Below, in pieces: positions 57,337 to 64,000 of a DNA stretch of 64,000 nt. The DNA lies in NCBI GenBank assembly GCA_041390305.1, contig JAWKQE010000005.1, positions 144,380 to 208,379 on the forward strand, read 5' to 3'. The DNA is from Candidatus Eiseniibacteriota bacterium. GTDB taxonomy: Bacteria > Eisenbacteria > RBG-16-71-46 > CAIMUX01. The position numbers and the translations under genes are program-made. Within the stretch, counting starts at the first letter, position 1; each line of letters begins with the position of its first letter. The notes below the pieces were generated by a model. That model was not told the DNA's origin. It did not search any database and saw only the letters and a program-made list of their open reading frames with translations.

Positions 57337-57732
57337 CTACACTCTCGGTACGAACTTGTACCCGTAGCAGAGGACGCCGGACTCTCCGTCCTGCTGCACC
57401 CTCCGGAACTCGAGCCGAACGGGTGTTCCGACCTCCAGTTCCTCGGGCTCGCAGTCGACGATCTGCGCCGTGATCTTGACGCCGTCGTCGAGCTTGATGA
57501 TCCCGACTGCATACGGGGCTTCGTCGCCGAAGCCGCTCGGCGCGACCCGGATCACGGTGAACGTCTCCACCGTTCCCGTCTTCGCCAGGACCGTCTGCGC
57601 GAACTCCAGTCCTTGGCACTCGCTACACACGAGCCGCGGCGGGAAGAACACCTTTCCGCACGACGTGCACTTGGACGCCTCGTAGCGATACCGCTGGGGG
57701 ATCTCACGCCAGTATCTCGCTGAACCGATCAT
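57337..57732 (-). CDS. DUF35 Zn-ribbon/OB-fold protein (thiolase/HMG-CoA synthase-associated)
   Basis: CxxC...CxxC Zn ribbon (CTSCGKVFFPPRLVCSEC) followed by an OB fold. Canonical partner of the two upstream genes. Confidence 0.75.
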   Translation of the reverse strand: MIGSARYWREIPQRYRYEASKCTSCGKVFFPPRLVCSECQGLEFAQTVLAKTGTVETFTVIRVAPSGFGDEAPYAVGIIKLDDGVKITAQIVDCEPEELEVGTPVRLEFRRVQQDGESGVLCYGYKFVPRV

Positions 57733-57758
57733 CGTTTCCTCCTTCCCAGGGTTCGCGG

Positions 57759-58916
57759 CTACGCGCGTTCCAAGATGTGGATGACGGAACTCGCTCCGGT
57801 CCCGCCCATGTTCTGCGTCAGTCCACGGTGGGCGTCTTTGATCTGACGATCACCGCACGCGCCACGGAGTTGCATCACGGTCTCCCGGATCTGGGCGATG
57901 CCGGTCGCGCCGACGGGGTGGCCCTTGGACTTGAGTCCGCCGGATGGGTTGATCGGGATCCGGCCTCCGAGTGCCGTCGCACCGGACGCCGCGCCCTTTC
58001 CGCCCTGTCCCCGATCGAAGAGGCCGAGCGCTTCGATCACCATGACCTCGGCGATGGTGAAGCAGTCGTGGACCTCACAGAACGAGAGCCCGTCCGGTCC
58101 GCACCCGGCCTGCTTGTAGGCCACCTCCGCGGCGCGAGCGGTCGAACCGATCCAGCAGAGATCCTCCCGGTCGTGGAGAGCGATCGTGTCGGTTGCGGTC
58201 GCAGATGCCGCGACTCTGACGAGCGGTCCGGACTTCATCTTCTTCGCCATGTCGAGAGGGACGACGACGACAGCCGCGGCGCCGTCCGTGATCGGCGAGC
58301 AGTCGAGGATCCGAAGTGGATCCGCCACCTTCACCGACTCCATCACCTGCTTCGCCGTCACCTTCATCGGGAACTGTGCGAGCGGATTGAGAGAACCATG
58401 AGCATGGTTCTTCGCGGCGACCTCCGCGAGCTCTTCCCGCGTCGTCCCGTAGCGATGCATGTGCGCCTTCGCCATCATCGCGTAGAGGCCCGGGAACGTG
58501 ATCCCGTGGTAGCACTCGTACTCCTGGTCGGCCGCCGTCGAGAGTGCGTAGGTCGCGGCGCCGCCGTCGACGTCCGTCATCTTCTCGAGGCCGGTGGCGA
58601 GGACGATGTCGTGGGCCCCGGACGCGACCGCGAGGTAGGCCTGCCGGAACGCGAGCCCTCCGGACGCACAGGCCGATTCGACGCGGGTCGCCGGAATCGG
58701 TCCCATGCCCAGCTGCTCGGCGAGCAGCGGCCCGAGGTGTTCCTGGCCCATGAAGAGCCCGCCGCTCATGCATCCCACGTACATCGCGTCGACATGGTCG
58801 ACCCCGGAGTCGTCGATCGCTTCGAGTGCGGCCTCCGTCCAGATGGTTCTATGGGACTTCTCCCACAGCTCTCCCCACCGGTTCATCCCTACGCCAATCA
58901 CTGCAACATCACGCAT
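57759..58916 (-). CDS. Thiolase-domain protein (SCP-x/archaeal-type acetyl-CoA acetyltransferase)
   Basis: Internal ATG 58916 with GAGGAGG SD. Thiolase motifs ([24 protein letters not shown]-terminal [10 protein letters not shown]...GGTGAS). The upstream track ORF extension is R/S-rich junk. Confidence 0.8.
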   Translation of the reverse strand: MRDVAVIGVGMNRWGELWEKSHRTIWTEAALEAIDDSGVDHVDAMYVGCMSGGLFMGQEHLGPLLAEQLGMGPIPATRVESACASGGLAFRQAYLAVASGAHDIVLATGLEKMTDVDGGAATYALSTAADQEYECYHGITFPGLYAMMAKAHMHRYGTTREELAEVAAKNHAHGSLNPLAQFPMKVTAKQVMESVKVADPLRILDCSPITDGAAAVVVVPLDMAKKMKSGPLVRVAASATATDTIALHDREDLCWIGSTARAAEVAYKQAGCGPDGLSFCEVHDCFTIAEVMVIEALGLFDRGQGGKGAASGATALGGRIPINPSGGLKSKGHPVGATGIAQIRETVMQLRGACGDRQIKDAHRGLTQNMGGTGASSVIHILERA

Positions 58917-58926
58917 GATCGCCTCC

Positions 58927-59979
58927 TCAGTCCGCGAGCTTGCGGATCTTGCCGCGGAACTTCGCGTAGGTGCCGTAGTCGATGTAGATCGGCCTGTCCT
59001 CGAGCTGGGCGCGTGTGTGTGGCGCCATGGCCCGCACCTTCTCGATCCGATCGGTGACCCGCCAGATGAAGCCGTCGCTTCCGGAACCCGAGCCGTAGCT
59101 GACCATGAAGATCCGATCGCCCGGCTTCGCGACGTCGAGGATGGCGGTGAGTCCCATGGGCGAAGAGCCGGAGTACGTGTTCCCGAGTGTCGGCGCGAGC
59201 CAGCCCTGCTCCACCTTCTCCTTCGGGAATCCCAACTCCTTGGCCGCACGCATCGGGAACTTCCCGTTCGGCTGGTGGAAGACCGCCCACTGGAAATCCT
59301 CGGGGGTCAGCTTCGCCCGGTCGAGCAGTCCGCGTCCGCAGGAGAGAACGTGCTTGAAGTACGCAGGTTCTCCGGTGAACCGGCCGGCATGACGTGGATA
59401 GAACTGGTACTCACGACGCCAGAAGTCAGGCGTGTCCGTCATGAAGGCATAGGTGTGTTCGCAGACGGCGATGATGTCCTTCGTCCCGAAGACGAAGGCC
59501 GCAGCACCTGCCGAGGCCGAATACTCGAGTGCGTCGCCGGGAGCGCCCTGCGACGTGTCGGCACCGATGCCGAGCGCATACTCCATCTGTCCTGCCTTGA
59601 CGAGGGAGAGCGCGACGAACATGCCTTCACTGCCCGCCTTGCACGCGAACTCGAAGTCGGCGCAGTGGATCTCGGGAGTGGCGCCGAGAGCTTCCGCGAC
59701 GACGGTTCCACTCGGCTTCACCGCGTAAGGATGAGATTCCGAGCCGATGTAGATCGCACCGACCTGCCGGCCGTCGATCCCGGCGCGCTCCAGAGCGTGG
59801 CGCGCGGCCTCCACCGACATCGTGATCGTGTCCTGATCGGGCGTTGGAACGGACTTCTCCCTGAGCATCAGCCCCTTCTCGTAGGCGGGGGCGTCCGCAC
59901 CCCAGACTTTTGCGATCTCCCCGACTTTGATCCGATGGCGCGGCACGTATGCGCCGTACCCGACGATTCCAACGTCCAT
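58927..59979 (-). CDS. Hydroxymethylglutaryl-CoA synthase, archaeal/UPF0219 type
   Basis: Internal ATG 59979 with [29 protein letters not shown]-terminus and condensing-enzyme fold. Confidence 0.8.
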   Translation of the reverse strand: MDVGIVGYGAYVPRHRIKVGEIAKVWGADAPAYEKGLMLREKSVPTPDQDTITMSVEAARHALERAGIDGRQVGAIYIGSESHPYAVKPSGTVVAEALGATPEIHCADFEFACKAGSEGMFVALSLVKAGQMEYALGIGADTSQGAPGDALEYSASAGAAAFVFGTKDIIAVCEHTYAFMTDTPDFWRREYQFYPRHAGRFTGEPAYFKHVLSCGRGLLDRAKLTPEDFQWAVFHQPNGKFPMRAAKELGFPKEKVEQGWLAPTLGNTYSGSSPMGLTAILDVAKPGDRIFMVSYGSGSGSDGFIWRVTDRIEKVRAMAPHTRAQLEDRPIYIDYGTYAKFRGKIRKLAD

Positions 59980-60060
59980 GGTCTCCTCCTTCTCGGGGTG
60001 CAGTGTCGATTGCGAAGAACGTGTGTCTGGGGACTGTGCGTGCACAGGACCAGGCGCTAC

Positions 60061-60550
60061 TCAGAACGTCGATCCACGGTTCTTGCCAGCGAGATCGCCT
60101 TCTTTGGGACGCCCGGCTTTCTGGAGGAGCTCGCGCGCGGCAAAAACGACGTTGGGACAAACTTGGAACGTGACCGAGACGGTCTCGAACGGCGCATCGA
60201 GCAGGAACGAGAGCCCGAGTGGGTGCCGCTTCGCGGCCTCGATCAACTCTTCCGGGCAGTGAATGGCGGTCTGCTGTTTGCGGCGGCGCACGGGCAAGTC
60301 GGTTCCCGGCGCGGCCGGTGCGTGCGCGGCGGCACGCCGCTTCGCCCGTCGGAACTCCGCTATGATCGCCGCCCGGCCACTTTCCGACGCCAGGAGGCTC
60401 ACGCGCTTCGACGACGAAGCGGGGATGGACCTCCAGGGTTACGGAGACGCACTCGAGCTCCCCGAGATGGAGGAAGCCAAGTCCGTGAGGGTGCCCCGCG
60501 ACGCGGGCGAGTAGTTCACGGATCTGCGGCGAGAGAGCCTTTGACGCCAT
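60061..60550 (-). CDS. Hypothetical protein with two tandem homologous ~50-aa domains split across two frames (probable frameshift near 60400)
   Basis: ORF-a (MASKALSPQIRELLARVAGHPHGLGFLHLGELECVSVTLEVHPRFVVEARE) and ORF-b (...ELIEAAKRHPLGLSFLLDAPFETVSVTFQVCPNVVFAARE) are protein-level repeats in different frames. Confidence 0.35.
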
Positions 60551-60889
60551 GTTCGGGAACTCCCGGGTCCGGCGTTTTGGAGTCGATTCATGGGCCGAGG
60601 ACAGGTCCATCGAGATCCAGCGATCGTTCCAAGAAGCCACACTACGCCCGGCGCGCGAGTAGGCACAACGACGAACTCCGTGGAAACGGCGGTCGTCCGG
60701 CGCGGTCTATCACACTGTGTAAACAAACATCCGTTGATCAAGTGGATCCGCGTTGATGAAGTCGAATGTGCTACCCTGAGAGTCGTGTTCGATGCTCTCG
60801 GGGCCCGTCTTCTGACTCTCGACGTGCACTGCGTCGATCGGACCGGGATACCGCGCCCGAGCGCGGACGCACCCCCAGGAGGTTCCACC

Positions 60890-61651
60890 ATGAGGAAACG
60901 ACTCGTCTCTGTGCCCGTATCCGTTTCGCTGCCTGTCTCCACGTTCGCCCTCGTCGCCGGTCTTGCACTGCTCTCGGTGCCGAGCGCCCAGGCACAGAAC
61001 TACCACCCGCTCGACGAAGGACTCCACTGGGAGTACGCGAGCACGGTCGACGGTACGATGCACGTGACCATGATGGACGATCGAGACGTCTTCGGCACGG
61101 AAACCCGGATCCGCCTGCAGGAAGAGGAAGCGCAGACCTATGAGAACTACTGGACGTCCGACACGTCCGGGAATCTCTTCCTCCACGGTGCCTACAACTA
61201 CGACGGGTTCGGATTCCTCTTCGATCCGCCGATCCAGCTCGTCTCGGCGCCGCTCTTCCTGGGAAAGGCATGGACGACCGACGGAATCCAGACCTTCGAT
61301 CTGGACGGGAATCCTTCGGGCTCCGAGCCGTTCGACTATCCGATGCGCGTCTACACCGAAGGAACCGAGACGGTCCCGGCGGGGGACTTCTACGGCTATG
61401 GCGTGGGATTCGACTTCGGCGCGACCCTGCGGTTCAGCGCAAACGGGAGCACGTACGACGTCTTTGGACGACGCGTGGAGAACACCGAGGAACGGGGCGG
61501 CTCTGCAACGGATTGGTACGCCGAAAACGTCGGAGTGGTGATCTACTCTGCACTCGCGGACCCGGAGACGGGATTCCGACTCGTCTCCTACGACTCCCCG
61601 GTTCCGGTGCAGCCGATGAGTTGGGGTGTGATCCGGTCGCTCTTCCGCTAG
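60890..61651 (+). CDS. Secreted hypothetical protein ending in the SWGxV(K/R)xLFR C-terminal tag (...PVQPMSWGVIRSLFR)
   Basis: CCAGGAGG SD. Signal peptide MRKRLVSVPVSVSLPVSTFALVAGLALLSVPSAQA. C-terminal 15 aa align with the termini of the three giant paralogs, but the body is unrelated. Confidence 0.7.
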   Translation: MRKRLVSVPVSVSLPVSTFALVAGLALLSVPSAQAQNYHPLDEGLHWEYASTVDGTMHVTMMDDRDVFGTETRIRLQEEEAQTYENYWTSDTSGNLFLHGAYNYDGFGFLFDPPIQLVSAPLFLGKAWTTDGIQTFDLDGNPSGSEPFDYPMRVYTEGTETVPAGDFYGYGVGFDFGATLRFSANGSTYDVFGRRVENTEERGGSATDWYAENVGVVIYSALADPETGFRLVSYDSPVPVQPMSWGVIRSLFR

Positions 61652-61800
61652 CCGCGGGACCACTGGTCCCGGTCGGCGACGTGCTCGGGGCCTGAGGACG
61701 GACGCGGCGCAGATCGTCGCGCTCCCGGGCTCCGGACGAACCCGGCATGCGTCGTTGCTCGTGCCGGGTGCGGGCGGGCCTCTCCCTCCGGTGCGAACAG

Positions 61801-62916
61801 TCAGCGAATCCGCATCAACGTTCCGCTGCTCTCACCGTGCACCGTCCGAGCCAAGAACGGATACGCGCCGCTTGGCAAAGACTCTCCTCGCTCGTTGCGT
61901 CCGTCCCAAAGCAACCCTCCCGCGCCCGGCCCCTCGAGCGTGCGCACGGTTCGCCCCGTGGCGTCGTGGATCGTGACGACGACGTTGCGGGCGTCCCCGA
62001 ACTCCAATCGCGTCCAGGCTCCGAAAGGGTTGGGATGTGCGCTCACCGCGAGCTTTGATACGACCTCACCAGGATCCGGCAGGGCCGACGGATCCGGGCG
62101 GAGCTGGGCGAGGTGTCGTGGTCGTTCGATTCCACCCGAGAGCAGCACTTCGTGGTCACTGCCATCGAGGTTCGCGCTCCATATGACTCCAGAGAGATCA
62201 CTCCCGTAGATCCTGCCCGCAGCGGGATCCAACGCGAGGCCGGACGCACCGGCCATGGTCACGAGCTGGGACTGACCGCCGGAGAGTTCCGAGCGATAGA
62301 CGCCGCCCGACGTCGCGACGTACACGTGGCCCGCCGCGCCATCGATGGCCACGTCCACCGGCGTGGGAAGCCCATCCATGACCACCTCCAGGCCGCTTCC
62401 ATCGTAGTTCATGCGCTCGAGGCGGGTGTTCTGCCCTCCACTCACGTAGACCTTCGCTGCAAACGCGTCGACCGCGACACCACGCGCGTGTCCGGCCAGG
62501 TTCGCGATCTCCACGGCTCCGGTCCCGTCCAGGTTCGCGCGCCAGACCCCACCCGTGGCAACGTTCGTCCAGACGAACATGCCCGCATCCCGATCGAGGG
62601 CCAGGCCGGCGGGGTTGAAGAGATCGGACAGGAGTGGAACCACGTCGGACCCGTCGAGCCGCGCCTCGTACAGCGTCGAGGTCACACCGTCGACCCAGTA
62701 GATCCGATCGGCACCTCGGTCCACGACCAGGCCTTCCGGATAGTCGAGGCCGGAGAGAACGATCTGGCGATCGCTGCCGTCCACGTTCGCCCGTTCGATC
62801 GTCCCGAGCGTCGTATCCGACCAGAACAGCGACACGGAGCCGGCGGCGACGTTCTGGGCGGTGAGGGGCAGGAGGACCAGCGAGAGGAGCACGCGGACAC
62901 CGCGAAGGTCGAGCAT
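61801..62916 (-). CDS. YWTD (LDL-receptor class B)-repeat beta-propeller protein with FlgD-like/T9SS-type C-terminal domain
   Basis: Internal ATG 62916 with GGAGGAGG SD. Signal peptide MLDLRGVRVLLSLVLLPLTAQNVAAG. Propeller blades RIYWVD, MFVWTN, KVYVSG and HVYVAT. C-terminal ...GAYPFLARTVHGESSGTLMRIR. Confidence 0.65.
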   Translation of the reverse strand: MLDLRGVRVLLSLVLLPLTAQNVAAGSVSLFWSDTTLGTIERANVDGSDRQIVLSGLDYPEGLVVDRGADRIYWVDGVTSTLYEARLDGSDVVPLLSDLFNPAGLALDRDAGMFVWTNVATGGVWRANLDGTGAVEIANLAGHARGVAVDAFAAKVYVSGGQNTRLERMNYDGSGLEVVMDGLPTPVDVAIDGAAGHVYVATSGGVYRSELSGGQSQLVTMAGASGLALDPAAGRIYGSDLSGVIWSANLDGSDHEVLLSGGIERPRHLAQLRPDPSALPDPGEVVSKLAVSAHPNPFGAWTRLEFGDARNVVVTIHDATGRTVRTLEGPGAGGLLWDGRNERGESLPSGAYPFLARTVHGESSGTLMRIR

Positions 62917-63134
62917 CGACACCTCCTCCGGAGCGTTCGTGAATCGGTGGTCGGGTCCGAAAGCGTTCCGCACTGGTGGTCGCTGGAAGAGCCGGGTTGA
63001 TACGCGCGCACGGCCCTGCCATCGCGACCGCAGTCACCTCAGCGTCAACGTGTCATCGTCGCCGTCGCGTCGGATTCGACCGGGGACACCATCGTCCGCC
63101 TCGGGCGCCAGCGTCAGCGGCCTCGGCTCCCCCG

Positions 63135-64000
63135 CTATCCGCGCCGGAAGTCGATGAATCCCTGCTCGACGTCGGTTCTCACGAGCCGGACACGCACGCG
63201 GTCGCCGACGTCGAGTCCGTGGGCGCCACCAACGACCATGCCTTCCACGGGCGGATCGAAGATCCGGACCCACGTGCCCTTCTCGGACGCGCCCGTGATG
63301 ACACCTTCGAACTGCTCGCCGATCGACTGCTCGAGGAGGAGCGCCGCCGCGGACTTGCTCACCTGGCGCTCCACCTTCTTCGCCGCGTCTTCCTGCGCCG
63401 TGCAGTGACGCGCGAGCTTGTCGAGCTCGGCCACGGTGTACGTCGGCGACTCCCCGGCCAGAGCCGCCTTGAGGAGGCGCTGCGTGATGAGGTCCGGGTA
63501 GCGCCGGTTCGGCGCGGTCGAGTGGGCGTAATCCTTGACCGCGAGACCGAAGTGTCCTCCGGCGTCCTGTCCGGGCGCTTCGGCGACATACTCCCCCGCG
63601 CCGAGGAGTTTGATGACGCTGAGCGACAGGTCTGGAAAGCGGATCGGATCATCCGCCTCCGCCTCGACCAGGAACTTCTCCAGGGCACGGGGATTCGGCA
63701 CCTCCGGCAGTTCGTAACGAAGGTCGGCCGCAAGCTGGACGATCCGGTCCCAACGCCGAGGAGTCCGGACGACCCGCCGAATCGACGGAAACCCGCGCTT
63801 CTCGAGGAAACGGGCCGTCACGCCGTTCGCCGCGATCATGAAGTCTTCGATCAGGGTACGCGCGCGGGTTCGGTCTCCGACTTCGAGCCCGCTCAGCATC
63901 TCTCCCTCGAACACGGCCTTCGGTTGATCGTGTCGAGGCTCAACGCCCCGCGCTCGTGGCGCCGGTCCTTCATCTTCTGCGCGACCTTGTCCTGCAACCG
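63135..64000 (-). CDS. RNase II/R-family 3'-5' exoribonuclease, C-terminal part (RNB domain end + S1 domain); the gene runs off the window end, so the N-terminus is missing
   Basis: RNB motif HFGLAVKDYAHSTAPNRRYPDLITQR and a C-terminal S1-like segment (GVITGASEKGTWVRI). The frame is open to the window end. Confidence 0.7.
   Translation of the reverse strand, partial: VAGQGRAEDEGPAPRARGVEPRHDQPKAVFEGEMLSGLEVGDRTRARTLIEDFMIAANGVTARFLEKRGFPSIRRVVRTPRRWDRIVQLAADLRYELPEVPNPRALEKFLVEAEADDPIRFPDLSLSVIKLLGAGEYVAEAPGQDAGGHFGLAVKDYAHSTAPNRRYPDLITQRLLKAALAGESPTYTVAELDKLARHCTAQEDAAKKVERQVSKSAAALLLEQSIGEQFEGVITGASEKGTWVRIFDPPVEGMVVGGAHGLDVGDRVRVRLVRTDVEQGFIDFRRG

Overview
This 64 kb window has about 68-70% GC with no rRNA, tRNA, CRISPR array or recognisable mobile element. 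It is dominated by genes for secreted and surface proteins. Five proteins end in a FlgD-like / T9SS-type C-terminal domain (G-x-Y-x-x-R...RVVRLR), which suggests an FCB-superphylum or Gemmatimonadota-like, probably uncultured, lineage.

The most unusual content is at 1.5-12 kb: three giant paralogous secreted proteins of 879, 784 and 1100 aa. Each carries a variable number (4, 7 or 10) of a roughly 40-aa six-cysteine repeat (GACC...G.C...C...GG...C.PNPCP), one or two copies of a conserved ~190-aa module, and a conserved ~300-aa C-terminal domain ending in the invariant tail SSWG(K/E)VKALFR. A fourth, otherwise unrelated secreted protein at 60.9 kb ends in the same tail (MSWGVIRSLFR), so this looks like a modular C-terminal tag. 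It is distinct from the T9SS-like CTD carried by five other proteins in the window. A tandem triplication of small dockerin-like secreted proteins (30.5-32.8 kb) shares an unusual 'PAFAS' leader motif with the giants.

Other notable content:
- a 1611-aa single-chain double UvrA-like protein with four ABC ATPase modules, plus a second UvrA-like paralog
- a folE-BLUF-DUF2784 operon divergent from an ECF sigma factor
- an archaeal-type HMG-CoA synthase / thiolase / DUF35 operon
- a histidine kinase translationally coupled to a REC-PP2C response regulator
- tonB-exbB-exbD, acs and aroC
- several tandem-repeat features: a 42-43 bp degenerate array, a 24 bp x4 in-frame VNTR in an AraC regulator, and a (CCGAGT)5 microsatellite in its promoter
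- two probable frameshifted genes

Many long ORFs in the six-frame track are GC-skew 'shadow' ORFs and were rejected.
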